64,000 nucleotides of DNA, from positions 40,426,001-40,490,000 of the forward strand of contig CM119371.1 in assembly GCA_051294905.1 (NCBI GenBank), given 5' to 3'. Position 1 is the first letter of the stretch. Each line of letters starts with the position of its first letter. Below the pieces are notes generated by a model. It was not told where the DNA came from. It saw nothing but the letters and a program-made list of their open reading frames with translations, and did no database searches. The position numbers and the translations under genes were made by a program. Below are positions 23,531 to 37,272 of this stretch, piece by piece. The DNA comes from Botryllus schlosseri (taxonomy: Eukaryota).

Positions 23531-24642
23531 ACGACGTATGTCTTTATCCCGGAACGTATATAGATCTGCTCTGCTCGCTGAAACGCAGACATGTTTACCA
23601 AGCAAGGTTTGCTGGATGCAGTGTTGTTTTGTCAGGCTTAACCTGGTGCTAACTAGAGAATGGGTTCCCGACCATTTTTTGGCGTAACCCCGTATTTGAA
23701 TTTGAAAATTTATCAGTTATTCAGCCGCGCCGACGGCTTATATGTATCTGTACATGTATACTATTAACACATGAAACTACCGGTTCATTCGTAGATTTCC
23801 AGGAACGAGAAATTACAGTCCTATTGATTTCGATGCACTCGACACTTTAATACTCATAGCAGTGGCCGGATATCATTCTCACTTTATGCCAGGTGGGGCT
23901 TTAAAATGATGCTCCTACTTCGTTCTTTTCTATTAAGAAAAATGAATTCGGATTTTCAGAAATGGCCCGCCCATAAAATCCGTATCCCTATAGTTAACAT
24001 TCTCGTAATAGTCATTGGTATTTAATTTCCGTCCCCAGGCCATCCAGAGATAGATAAACGACCCAACGTTGAAAGCTTTCGAACTAAAGTCTCACTGGTA
24101 TCAAATTTTCTCAGCTTTCCTATGAAACCAATATTTGCGGATTGATAGTAAACGTTTCCATATTTAGTGGATTGCTGATTTGCATAAATTTATATACCTG
24201 TTGATCGCAGCACCGTGACTAGGTCTACATTCCTTTCTATCAGTGGATACCTCTTGAATCGAGGGACTGCTAAACATTTTGCAGACGTGTTCGAATGTTT
24301 CGGTGAAAATACTTATATTTCAATATTACTTTACTCAATATTATCCATTTTGCTATGCTCCCCGAATTTTATAAGTTTTTATATTGATTCGTATCTTTGA
24401 TGTGAATAAAATATCTATTATATCTTTGAACTATGTTCTATGCATCGCAATCTCATAATATTGGCAAATTTATATTGTGTTAGCACGGCAGTCGATCAAG
24501 TGTCGTTGCCGATCGATTTGCACGCTGCATTTTTAGTTCGATTTGACAGCACATGCCAACGATATGTTAGAGCCGTCGTGAATTATAAAAAGCCCGCCTT
24601 GGACACGAAAGAGAGCATATGGTGATGATTTCGCCCTAGCCA

Positions 24643-25159
24643 CAGTGAGGAGCATCGGAGCGGAGTCGGAGTGGATTCGGAGCGGAGTTTTGCCGATTTT
24701 GTGACAGTCGGAGCGGAGTCGGAGTTTACTACAGATATTTTTTCGGAGAATTTTGGAGTATTGTAACTTTTGTCTACGATATATTTATATAGCTCTGACC
24801 AAAATACCCTATTGATTATGATTACAAACCAAAATACAGACAGTTGACACCTTGTAAAGCTGTAATATGACGGGTAACATGCAAAAATGATTGCCAAGTG
24901 CATAAAAATTAGCCATCTGCACTGCAATTGGGGACTGGAAAGTAAACAATACAATAAGGGCAACTATATTATCACATGTACCATGTTGTACCATGTGTGC
25001 CATGTACCATGCTTGCCACTGTTTGGGATACATGACGAGATTCGTCGGAGTATCTCGGTGTCTGGGATTGAACTCTTCGGAGTCGGAGGGAGTTTTCCTC
25101 AGACACCAAAGTTGTCGGAGGGATTCGGAGTCTCGAAAAGCACTATCCGCTCATCACTG
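24643..25159. mobile_element. hAT MITE with CGGAG subterminal repeats
   Basis: TIR CAGTGAGGAGC / GCTCATCACTG with a perfect TSD CCTAGCCA. Confidence 0.9.
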
Positions 25160-25728
25160 CCTAGCCACCAGTACGTAACCAAAGGCTATAAGTTCTAATC
25201 TCTGCCCTAGCATGTTTCCGAGCTTCAAATTAACTGGACTCATCATCGACTTGCTATCACTATTATACGATCCATTTCCCGAATTATAACGACATGGTAC
25301 AGCAATCATGATTACTTTAATTTTACTTTTTTTTATCAATCATATTATCTCATCGAATACTCACCCTAGTTCGCCACGATGCAATTATTAGCATAAATAA
25401 TACTTGCGATGTATTATTGCAGTGGTTCTTAACCAGGGTGTCGATTGTATTGCTCAGAGGTGCAGCGAGGAAATGAGGTAAAAAAAACCGTTGACATATA
25501 ATGCAAATTCAGGACATCCAAATTCTGAATAGCATCTGGAAAGCTTATGACACTGCATGGCAATGAGGCAGTGACAGCAGTGTTATACTCGTCGGAGACT
25601 GGAACAAAGCGTCTCTCGCGCTTGATTGGCTGTGTTCGATTTATTATTGTAACACTATCGGCAGCCGGTATTGGAGTCCATTGATTTTGAGTGCTCATTA
25701 GGTGTTAACCTTGAAACTTGGCCTAGTG

Positions 25729-26432
25729 CAGTGGTTCCCAACCGGGGGGGGGGATTCCTTGGGTGGAATTTTGAAATTTTTAGGGGGAAATCTGGCTTAA
25801 TTTCTTTAGGAAAAATCTGGCTTTCGCATTTTATCGGAAGATACACTGGGTTCATGAGGTTTTTAGATTTTTATGGTACAGAACTGTTAAGTAGAAATTA
25901 GTTAGTTACAAGTGTATGTTTCTTTGGCGGCTTTCAGGCTATGTGTATGTTTCCCCAGACCCCCTGATAAAGTGAAGCTCACGAGACGATTTCGTTGAGT
26001 CTGCGACAGCCTCTCGACCAAATTGCTACGAAGCAGGAAAACGTCAAGCCGAATTCAGCACAAGGCCGCTAGTGAAATTGTTCAACTTTTCAGGCCAACA
26101 TATGAGCTAACGTGAAAAACATACCGTACAAAATTCATCGATTCAACTCAAGTCTATAGCAAGCGGACTTGGTGATTTATTTTTCGTCAGCAGCTACTCG
26201 ACCGGTCAAAACAGGTCAAATTTGACTGTACTTCACCAAAGTTTAGTGCGGTCCGCATTCGCCATAGTTCGGACAAATCTGAATATGTTTGGTCATTAAT
26301 TGTTCAGTCAAAAAATGGTTGCGCGTTAAAAACCACATTTTTTCAGTCGCAGGCAACTTTTTCATAGGGGGGAATTTTCGCTCAAGTATCGGCCAAGGGG
26401 ATGCACGAGACAAAAAAGGTTGGGAACCACTG
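25729..26432. mobile_element. hAT (Charlie-like) MITE
   Basis: TIR CAGTGGTTCCCAACC / GGTTGGGAACCACTG with a perfect TSD GCCTAGTG. Confidence 0.9.
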
Positions 26433-26569
26433 GCCTAGTGTTAGGCAATATCGTCGAGATATACCATACAAAATCTTGGCAGCCATCTCAGTAAGAAACA
26501 TCGTCAAAATCAACGCGCAACAATACCGACTTTCGCGTATTTTATGCGTAGGTTTAATGACAGAACAGC

Positions 26570-29500
26570 CAAAGGTGGCCTTAGGATTGGGGGGGCCCTG
26601 GGCGAAACTTCCAGGGGGGCCCCCATATATCTAGAAACGCAGCTTCTGGGGGGCTCCGCCCCCCAGACCCCCCTCTCAATACAACTATTACATATATTGC
26701 ATGGTAAAAATATACTCCATTAAAATTTATGGAATGTTTTTGCTGTATAAAACTATTTCAAGGAAACGATGACAGGATTGCAATGACTCGAGTCGTGATA
26801 TTTTGGTGACTCGACTTGGCTCAGATCAAAATATAAAAATAGGATTGACATTTGACTCAATTACAACCCTGAATAAGACCTAGAGCTAATCGATCACCAA
26901 GGTGACCAAACCATGAATTTGATAGAACACGCACATAGAATTGAAACTTCCAATGAATGAAGAAACTACTATGACCGGACAATTGAATTGATGCATTTAG
27001 TATTTCAAAAAAGCAGAAATCAAAATTATAATAGGAAATATGACACCAAAAGTAAAAAAGAACAACTATATGGAAACTATCATACGGGTACAAAATGATA
27101 TTGGCCTGGTGTAAACTTACCAAAGCAGTCGAGACAACATGATTCATGAATACTCAAAACAACAACAAACAACAATGACTTCCCTTCTATGACAAGATGA
27201 CTCTTACCAAGAGGAGTTTATGGTCATCAAGAATTATTACCGGATCACTCAACTCATGGACTATATTTCTACAGAGAAAGAAAAATTATTTATTCGTAAT
27301 AGCTAACACAGCAAAAGTACCTACAGAAATGAACAAATACCGGTATATTACAAATCACCATTTGTCCCAGAAGTGACCTAACCAAGACATAGTTTCATGT
27401 TTATGGTAAATTTTACATTGAATGCTTGCAATGGTACCGGTCATAAAACAGGTTAGCCAGACCACCTCGTCTAAATGTCTAAAGATAGAATAGAAGAAGC
27501 TCTTGAACCTGACAATTAAATGAGATGAGGGGTCAGAACCAGGCTCATAATAATTTTCAAAATCAAGTCATACACAGCGTCAAATTCAAATATTGTTGGT
27601 GCAACACTGTCCACACAAAGATTGCGAACGCCAGTTTCAAGAGGAACTAAACATTATCCAAAACTCCAACTTCTGCCAACAATTTAGGCTACATTGCTGT
27701 CACAACTTTGAAATTATATATTCAATTTATTCAGCAAATAGCTTCCATATCATCACTAGAGATGAAAATTTTTGATTTGACAGAAATATGAGGGATACTC
27801 CAATGATTTTCATTAGAAATGACTTCAAACTTGAGTGCCGTACACAAAAAAGCTAAATTGTAACTTGAATGATATATTAGATCAACTTCTACAAGATAGC
27901 TCTGTACAGACCTACCAAAAATTCTATCAATATTACGATTGAATGAGCCGGAAAAGCTTGTTTTTTATCATGCGCCAACTTGAAAAGCTGGATATTGAAC
28001 TTAAAAACTTGAAATTGTGATGTAGGCTACTCGGATATATTTCAAAATCACTTGTCAAATCTAAAAACTGAAATATACCATCAATTTGTTTTAGAGCTAC
28101 TGACATGGAGCCTATTACTGAAAATGAATGAGATGCATGCACCAGTCACTGAAAATATATACTTACTGTATGCACTGTAGTAGTTTTAATGTTATTGTAA
28201 TTTTATAGCACTGAGAAAAAGGTGTAGAATATTATTTAAAAATATCATGAACGTGATATCATTCACGACAAAATTCTACGTTAGCGGATGCGATCGCGTC
28301 TCTCGCACAAATCTCTCCTAAATAAAAATTAGAAGAAAAGGAGTAGCAGCCGGGTCTTCAAAATTATGTGAATACTTGGTGAGTGAATAGTGCGATACCA
28401 AAATCTGCAAGGATTCTGGGCGGGAGACTCAAAGCATGTTAATAAACCGGGTCGCCTTCAAGAGCATTTAGAAGATTTTCATCTAATTACAAAATGAATA
28501 GAGTGCGGTAGGCCTACCCAATACAAAGCATGCACTTCCAATCGGTGCAAATATTTGATCACCGGCCCCTCTTTACGACAACATATTCCACATTGGTGCA
28601 TGGATATCCATGGTTATTCGCAATATGATAACTATAAATTGCGTAAATGTAGGAGGGGGCCCCCCTCATAAAATCGAGGTAAGCTTGTACAACGCGTGCA
28701 GAATTTAATGATCGACAACTGTTTACAGTACCAAATTTTACATGGGTAGGTCTGCATATATTTTCAGTTATTTGCAAAATGATAACCAAAAATTGCGTAA
28801 ATGTAGGAGGGACCCCCTTATAAAATCGAGGTAAGCGCCCCCTTCATAAAATCAAAGTATGCTCTTTTACCGCGCACAGAAATTTGATGATCGACAACAG
28901 TTTACAGCATCATATTCTACATGGGTACATATATTTCCATGGTTATTCGTAAAATGATAACTATCAATTGCGTAAATCTAGGAGGGCCCCCCCCCCTCAT
29001 AAAATCGAGGTAAGCTCGTACAACGCGTGCAGAGTTTGATGATCGACAACTGTTTACAGGACCATATTCTACATGGGTACATATATTTTCAGGGTTATTC
29101 GCAAAATGATAACTAAAAATTGCATAAATGCAGTAGGGCCCCCCTCATAAATCGAAGTAAGCTCGTACAACGCGTGCAAGATTTAATGATCGACAACTGT
29201 TTACGGTACGGTACCATATTCTACATGGGTACATATATATTCACGGTTATTCGCAAAATGATAACCAAAAATTGCGTAAATGTAGGAGGGCCCCCCCTCA
29301 TAAATCGAAGTAAGCTCGTACAACGTGTGCAGAAATTTAATGATCGACAACTGTTTACAGTACCATATTCTATATGGGTAGGCCTGCATGTATTTTCAGT
29401 TATTTGCAAAATGATAACCAAAATCGCTTAAATGTAGGAGCCCCCGTCATAAAATCAAAGTATGCTCTTTTACCGCGCACAGAAATTAGATGATCGACAA

Positions 29501-29829
29501 CTGTTTACGATACCATATTCTACATGGGTGCATGGATTTTCACCGTTATTCGAAAAATGATAACTAAAAATATGATTATGATTGACCCCTTTTTACGGTA
29601 CTGTACCATATCCTTTATGGATACAAGGATTTCCAGTTATTCAGAAAATGGTAATAGTTGAAAAAAGCGCGTAAACCGGAGAAATAGTTGGAAAAAAAGC
29701 GCGTAAACCGGAGAAATAGTTGGAAAAAAGCGCGTAAACCGAGGAGGGGGGGACCCTCGAAAGCGCGTAAATCAACCAGGGGGGGCCCTGGGCGACCGCC
29801 CACCTCGCCCACCCCAAAAGCCACCACTG
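26570..29829. mobile_element. 3.3-kb internally decayed hAT element carrying tandem arrays
   Basis: Imperfect TIR CAAAGGTGGC / GCCACCACTG, GGGGGCCCTGGGCGA subterminal motifs and a perfect TSD AGAACAGC. A weak hAT dimerisation-like remnant SFSSWRMIKNKL lies on the minus strand near 27950-27990. Confidence 0.8.
28575..29570. repeat. About 150-bp tandem repeat, about 7 units, inside the hAT element
   Basis: The anchor CCATATTCTACATGG recurs at about 28581, 28731, 28910, 29062, 29214, 29363 and 29513. Confidence 0.9.
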
Positions 29830-29866
29830 AGAACAGCGCTCACCTATTCTATACAAGACGTTTGGT

Positions 29867-30307
29867 TAGGCTCACCATATTTTGGAAATGTAAAAAGAGG
29901 ACAATTTTTCAGAAATTCCAGACATGCAGAACTGGAGAAGAATTCTCTAAACCCGGTAAATTTTTCCCACTTCGTGATCGGTTGACTAAAAAAAAAGGTC
30001 ATCACTTCCGCTCAGTGCTCAAAATAACGTTTTTCTCTCCACATTGCGAGGAGGATGACTATAAAAAAAGGTCTTCTTTTCGCTCATAGCTAAAATCACC
30101 GCTTTTCCCTCCGAAATACCCGCCGGAGCTTCACTTCTGCGCTAATTTGCGGCATATCACTCGCAATTTCCTCTAAATCTGACCTAAATTTTCAAAAAAG
30201 AGGACAAAATCTCAAAAAAGAGGACAAAAGGGCGTCCTCCGAGGACACTTTCAAAAAAGTCAAAAAAGAGGACCAATCTTCTCAAAAGAGGACGTATGGT
30301 AAGCCTA
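29867..30307. mobile_element. hAT MITE family B (TAGGCTTACCATA termini, AAAGAGGAC repeats), uninterrupted reference copy
   Basis: TIR TAGGCTCACCATA / TATGGTAAGCCTA with a perfect TSD CGTTTGGT. Confidence 0.9.
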
Positions 30308-30939
30308 CGTTTGGTACAAATCAAAAATCATTACATTGGTTCATGCTTATGCATGTGCACAACATAACATTCATGGCATATTTTGCAGTGACGTCCACGC
30401 ACGGCAGACTGAGCTCAGCATGAAGCAGCGATTACTTTCCGTCGGCGCGTTATCTTTAATGTCATTTCCATGAACAGGTCATCCAGTGCCAGGACTGGAT
30501 TTGTAAAATCATATTATATTGTTTCTTCAAATATGAAATAATGATAGCTGGGATCGTAGAACGGAGAGTAGTTTTGGTAATACGGAAGCAACCAATTATC
30601 GAATGTGACTACAGTCGAATCTAATTATCAACTCAATGTGTTGTGGAACAGATTTAGCAACTTGAAAGACGAATAGCGCTCAAAATGAGCTGTGTTCTCG
30701 AAAAAGAATTGAAACTATTAAAGATTTTTGGCAGCAACCAGTTCTCTCAGCATGCAACTGTTTTCGTGCTACAGATGCAATATTGTATCATACGGTTGCT
30801 CCATTTTACCTCATCCATCTCTGTGATATCGAGGTCACTCATCATCACATGTCATCGCTTCTTAGCTCTTAGCAAAATGATTACCACGCGATCAATCAGT
30901 CAGGAATTTTCGATACATATCGGTCGACAATAGGAAATA

Positions 30940-32326
30940 GGGGAGACCGGGGACAAATGTAACTAGGGGCAAATGTAACAATCGACCTCACCGCTAGTAG
31001 GAAGGAGAAATCAGCTTGATATTTTAAGTGCGTATTCAGTAGTTATCTCTCCTATTATACCTGGAGTTACGTTGAGCTACGATGCGAAACCCCGGAATAA
31101 TTTGCATAAAAACGAAATTTTTGACCCTCGAGTAAAGATTTTCTGGTCTGGAATAATTTGTCTAGACGAATAGTACCTCAAGTAGTTACAACGTAATATG
31201 TGTAGATGGAACAATGTTACCATAGTCTACCGTGGTAATAGAAAGAATAGGACTTGCATCGCCGGGAAGGTATACCATACTGAGACACTAATCACGGTCG
31301 AGCGTGTCAGGGGCAATCGTAACACTCTGTTACTTTTGCCCCGTTACAATATGTTATCAATTCTGAATGTCTTTGTTCATATGTTGTTATTACCATTATT
31401 CTACTGCAGAATAATCTTGCAACAGCCAGAAGTTCACCAGAACAGATACAGCCTTGCGATACCAATTCTAACATGATCATTGATCATCTGTCGAAACGGC
31501 CATACAATAGTGGTGATGTGAATCTGACGGTTCGGTAATTTTCGTGATTCAACCACCTTTTCTCATGTTGATCGACTTTTGGTGTGTCGAACTTCAATAG
31601 TCATGGCTTAGTTCTCGTCCTCTGACTTTGATCATGGCCCACTTACATTTTGATATTTGATGTGAACAATTTATGTTAATTTTCTACAGCACAGAGAAAT
31701 GTCATTATAGCTTTGACGCCACACAATGTTGCGTCCTCGTTTTACTATACTATCATCGGCCCATTCAACCAAGATATGTTAGCCAGGTCGGTTTCGCACC
31801 TTTGCAGGTGACCGAATGACCAACCCATTATGCCCGCTGAACAACAGAACCTTGGTAGAAGAGGTCAAATATGTGCAGGGAGATGATGGAATGAATGTGT
31901 CTCTTGTACACTTTGAGCTTGAACAAGACACGAAGGGTGATATTGCATTCAGATGCCATAAATGCGATGGGGCGTAGCCTGGAAGCGTTCAAACGTCTCT
32001 TCCTTTAGTTTCATGCAATATTACAATTTGTGCTTCCGTTTTCGTTGTTCATTTAGTTTGTGTTTTAGTTATAAATACCACTGTTACAATTGCCCCGCAA
32101 GGGAGGTACAATTGCCCCTGGGTACGGGGCGATTGTAACATTTGAGCAGCGATTTTTGCGACCAAAAATTTCCATGATTGATTGTTGATTAAGTTCCAGT
32201 TTACTTTTCATATCAACTATCGAGTTTTTGGCTTCTTTATATAAAACTTTGGAAATGAAATTTCCACGAGAAAAACACGTAATGCTGGAAAATACGAAAA
32301 GTGTTACAATTGTCCCCGGTCTCCCC
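30940..32326. mobile_element. Tc1/mariner-pogo-type non-autonomous element
   Basis: TIR GGGGAGACCGGGGACAAATGTAAC / GTTACAATTGTCCCCGGTCTCCCC flanked by TA on both sides, with internal GGGGC..TGTAAC repeats. Confidence 0.8.
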
Positions 32327-32851
32327 TACGCCTATATGTGTACCACGAAACACGACGGTTTATATACTCACAGTTATGTTGCATTTAAAACTAAAATCAA
32401 TTTAAAACAAGACCCTTGTTTAAAACATGTTTTTATTGTGTTTTTGCTGTTGTTCAATCCATGACGTCACGAATATTCAATTGTGGCGTCATAGAGGATT
32501 GGCATCGGCAATTGAAGATGTTGGGTAAAATAGCTCCTAAAACGAAATATATACGTCTAATGAGCTATGTCGTTGGCAATTCGCAATATTCCAAATGCAC
32601 AAGTAGCGGCTCGTCCAGGGCAATTGGGGCATTGACCAACCTAAATGTTCAATGACAATGATTTGCTATTTATAGACGCTCGCAATCAATATATACTGAA
32701 ATCATGGCGGAAATAGCATTCTTTTTGTGCTTTCGCTTGTAAATGCCAATACATAGCGAACTCTCGACGAAAATCGAATGATCTTCTCTGTTTTCGCTTT
32801 GTAAACGCCTACTCGGGTCTTGCCTTGGTAGCGCTCATAACAAGCTTTCAC

Positions 32852-33540
32852 CATAGTGTCCTATATGGAGTCGACACAGTCAGATCTCACGCCTCAGTGA
32901 AATTGATTGACGTCACAATTTCCATTTGGCTACAGGCAATTTGACGGTCATTCTTGACCCGCTTGCCGAGCATTCAATTTCGTAAAACTGGTATCAATCG
33001 AAAGCTGACTCTGCACTGATTACGAAAATATAAATTTTATTCTGCTCGTGGCCCTGAAGCTCCCACAATCAGCCTCGAATTTTTTAATGTTACGGAGATT
33101 GGCATTGGGAAGCAACAATGCTGTCTGGTGAAACGAGAGAGTAGCTCAAGAGAAAAAGAGCCGATATCAAGGTGTCACCAATTTCATTAATATCTGTAGT
33201 GCAGAATATGGATTCGGCTATTTGACCGTACCTGTCCAGGGTTATTAAATGCAATATGGCTTCAAGTCAGCGTTGTAGCTGAACTTGGTTGATGTGTTCA
33301 TAATGTCGGACCACTTGTAAATACCGGCAAACCATGCAGAAGCTTCTATAGCCTCACCTCGCTCGCTGCAACGCTATTAGGCAGAAGCTGAGCAGCAAAA
33401 ATCTCCCGTATCTTTGCCAAGCTTTGCATACGAAAATGTGCATCCGTCAATTTGCAGCATCTCAATTCCGTCGGTTCAAACAGCCGTAAAATGCCGCCAT
33501 CGAATATATTTACCATCCTTGTTGAGAAGTTTTGTACCAC
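32852..33540 (-). mobile_element. Truncated P-element-superfamily transposon: one long TIR arm plus a transposase remnant
   Basis: The terminus CATAGTGTCCTATATGG is shared with the foldback element at 52950-53596. Adjacent minus-strand frames read CKLTDAHFRMQSLAKIREIFAAQLLPNSVAA (P/THAP9 KLTxxH..KMxVxLAAQxLSxSVA motif) and ASAWFAGIYKWSDIMN..KPY. Confidence 0.7.
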
Positions 33541-35021
33541 CAGTGCGGCTGGCGTAGAGGTTGTTGCGTATGGTTTTTAACAAATGGAGAGGGTCGAAAA
33601 TCAAAAATATCTCATGCTGGGGGTTGAATATATTTTTGCATTTGTAAGGATACCGTAATTTTCCAAGTATAGTACGCCCTCATGTATAGTACGCACCCTG
33701 TATTTCAGTACTGAATAGTCCCGATTTCGTATACGATGTCATTCTGTTTTGCGATGTCACTCTTGAACAATCATTACACAACTATCGCTAATCATTACGA
33801 TAGTAGATAGCAGCCGAAGCCTGCGAGGCCGGCGGCGAGTTAGTTTAGGCCAACGAAATGGCATCTTGCGCACGATGCCTATTACAGATGCGAATGCGCC
33901 TAGGCTAACGGTTACGTCATGCGCAACAGGTCTGTTGGAGATGCGACTGATTACGCAAGCGATATCTTGCGCACACGGCCTCTTATGTATGTATAAATTG
34001 CATATGCGATTGCTTGGGCCTGTCGTCGACGCGATGAATTGGCGAGAATTGCTGCTCACGACCAGGGCCGTAACAGCACCTCGTCAGCCCCCCCAAAAAA
34101 AACTTTGGTCTTGGGCACCCCATAGCATTATAGACCGAACTTCTGGGGGGCTTGGCCCCCCACGCACCCCTTCGGCGATACCCTGTTTACCGCTGTTTAT
34201 CATATTCGTTACTACTTTGTTTAGTGAATCAGCTTCTGTGCCTAAACGCGCGAAATTTCTAGAATTCATGATTGAATCGGTCAATATGATCGGGGATTGT
34301 ATTGTTATCAATTTTTGTCTTCTCTCTGCTCGCGTAATCGGATTTGCCGGCAGAGCTGAGTGAGGTGTGCTTGAAAAGGTAGGACCAAACCATAATAATT
34401 AAACATCTTCGGGCGTACATCCGTTGGCAAGAACGAAACAGCACTTCGCCAGGCCCCCCAAAACGTGGGTCATTGGCTCACACAGGGTAGGCTTACCATA
34501 TTTTGGAAATCTAAAAATAGAACACTTTTCAAGAAATTTGAGACTTTCAAAACCGGAGAAGAATTCTCATAAACCGGTGAATTTGTCCCACTTTGTGATC
34601 GGTTGACTAAAAAAAGTTCATCTTTCCGCTCAGAGTTCAAAATACCGTTTTTCTGCCAATATTGCTGGATGGATGACTAAAAAAAAGGTCAACTTTTCGC
34701 TCACAGCTAAAATCACAATTTTTCCCTCCGAAATACCCGCCGGAGCGTCACTTCTGTGCTAATTTACGGCATATCACTCGCAATTTGCTCTAAATCTGAC
34801 CTACACTGTAAAAAATAAACATGGATTTTATCATGGAAATGACATGACTTCCTCTTTCTCATGTTAATTCCATGAAAACACCGACATGGTTTTAAAATCT
34901 CATGTTGACATGACAAAAACTTCCATGATGGGACATGATGGGAGCCATGTCTGTGGTTATCAAGTAAGAGTATCACGTTGAGCTTTAGTGATATCATCAT
35001 AATTATCATCATCATCGTCAC

Positions 35022-35033
35022 TGAGAGAGAGGA

Positions 35034-35077
<44 letters not shown>

Positions 35078-35408
35078 GAGCGAGAGAGGGAGAGAGAAAG
35101 AGAGGAGGGAGAGAAGGAGAGAGAGAGAGAGGAGATAGAGATAGAGAATAGAGCAGAAAGAATAGTGGGGGAGAGAAAGAAGGGAATGAGAGCATATATA
35201 AAGGAGAGAGAGAAAGAGAGAGGGGAGGGAGAGGGGAGGGGAGGAGAGAGATAGGGCAGAGAGAGTGGGGGAGAGATAGAGAATAGAACAGAAAGAAGAA
35301 AGGGGGAGAAAGAAGGGAAAGGGAGCATAGAGAAAGGAGAGCGAGAGAGAGAGAGGGGGGGAGGGGGAGGGTAGGAGAGAGATAGGGGAGAGAGAGGGGG
35401 GAGAGAGA
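35022..35408. repeat. Degenerate (GA)n purine tract, apparently the expanded tail of the adjacent SINE
   Basis: About 390 bp made almost exclusively of A and G. Confidence 0.95.
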
Positions 35409-35610
35409 AATCAGACTTATTCTCGTTTTCCCCATTGAGATGGTTTGACGATTGAAATGCGATAACCATGCCATCCCTGAATGCTGAACGTTGAGCCGGA
35501 TAGCCACGGATACCAGTTTTTTAGTCTTTGGTCTGACATGGCCGGGAATTGATCATATGACCTACCGATCAAGAAGCAGGACGCTTTACCATTTCACTAT
35601 ATCGCTATTT
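35409..35610 (-). mobile_element. tRNA-derived SINE with a Meta-domain-like core (MetaSINE-like)
   Basis: The minus strand shows a tRNA-like head (TGGTAAAGCGTC..GATCAATTCCCGGCC), then GTCAGACCAAAGACTAAAAAACTGGTA..TTCAGCATTCAGGG, which resembles the Meta domain as I recall it, then a (TC)n tail. Confidence 0.65.
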
Positions 35611-36163
35611 CAGCTGAGTGACAAGTAAACATCGTTACATCCTCACAGGATATATTGCAATACACAAACATCGTGATTCGTACATAGCTACATCATCGCA
35701 CGCAAACATAGCCGTTCGGTTACGGAGCCATAATGACTCCGAATTATCTGGTCACAAAACCAGTCATGCGTACAGTATAGACGTAGCGCTCAATTCAAAA
35801 GGATTGCAAAAAAGAGGAAGTTTGATGGAGTCGGTCATTTCATAGGTTGTTTTGTGAAAGTTGCAAAGTTTATGGCTTGTTGCTGTATTAAGCCGTGGAT
35901 TGGATGGTAAGTATTGATGTATTTATTGTTCCTGTCTTCGTTGTAATATATCCGCCGAATCTGCAATGCGTCACTGGGTATAGTCGAACCTGAAGCAACT
36001 TAGTCGTATTCAGTCAGATACCGGCATATAGCGGGAACTGCCAAACGGCTGCAAATAGTGATCAAAGTTTACTGCGTATGCATTTGTATGTAGTTGTAGA
36101 TCATGTGGTAGTTGGTAATGCGTTAGTAGTCCTAGACGTTTCACAAGCTTCCTTGCTTTTATT

Positions 36164-36325
36164 TTGTACCGTACTGGCAATGTTAAAGTGAAGTATTTAT
36201 CCAACTGGAGGAATATTCATCCTGAGGTGATTGAAAAAACTTCAGCTTTAAAAAATATGGGATATCATGCTATACTCGAGCCTTTGATTCAAGATTTGAA
36301 AACCCTAGAAACACAAGAACCTGAT
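36164..36325 (+). pseudogene. EnSpm transposase remnant
   Basis: SNWRNIHPEVIEKTSALKNMGYHAILEPLIQDLKTLETQ resembles the NIxL...KxxGxxxILxPLxxDLKxLExxG block of animal EnSpm transposases. Confidence 0.65.
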
Positions 36326-37272
36326 GTAAATTTGTATTTTACAGATATACATACTGCAGTTGTTTGTAATGTTACTCCTGTGATATTTGTGACATTGAAA
36401 ATGAGGCTGCTGGAGATCATGAACGACTGAACGAGTGATTACAGTGGATCACAGATCTGAGATAGCTGAAACTGTGAGAACTGTATTTCGGAGTAATATC
36501 GGGGACAGTATATTCAACTTCTATATTACGACGAGGCATTTGCCTCGTATGATCTCTCGACAATTCAAGATAAAGGAGTAATACGACTAATCTTGACAGA
36601 CGCTGAAAGTAAGTAATTATTACCACACATAAATTGGTAGGCTACTATACTAGGATTACACTCTTAACGCATATTCGAAGAGTTGTTTCGGGGTTCCGAA
36701 CGACACTGATTCCAAATATGACCTTGGTGTTTTCAAATTGTCTCTGGTTTTGGTGATATCCCATGGGGTTATTTTGACGAAGGTCACATTTTCACTGTAT
36801 GGTCCAGATGAAAAAAAACGGCTAAGAAATTAAATCTACTTGTTATACTGAACACTGTATTAAATCAAAATGCAGTAAAATAATTATATTTAGGGCAATT
36901 GGATTTACCGTAATTTTCCAAGTATAGTACGCCCCCATGTATAATACGCACCCCTAAAATAGCATGTAAATTCTGGGAAAAAGCCTGTACCCATGTATAG
37001 TACGCACCCTGCATTTCAGTACATGAATAGTTCCGATTTCGTATACAATGTCATTCTGTTTTGCGATGTCACTCTTGAACAATCATTACACAGCGATCGC
37101 TAATCATTATACAATTAGCGGGATTGTCTTTGAACGATAGTAGATAGCAGCCAAAGCCTGCGAGGCGGGCGGCGCGATAGTTCAGGCTAGCGACACAGCA
37201 TCTTGAGCACGAGAAGACCTTTTACAGATGCGATTGCTAATCATTATAAAATTAACGGTATGGTGTCTAAAC

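Noticed and set aside
21965..23652. Antisense and overlapping ORFs within the BTB gene
   Set aside because: They are shadow frames of a real CDS with no independent motifs.
28575..29570. ORFs in the 150-bp array
   Set aside because: They are by-products of tandem repetition and are open on both strands.
34764..35507. 247-aa and 169-aa Leu/Ser/Pro-rich ORFs
   Set aside because: They are translations of the (GA)n tract plus SINE and TIR sequence.
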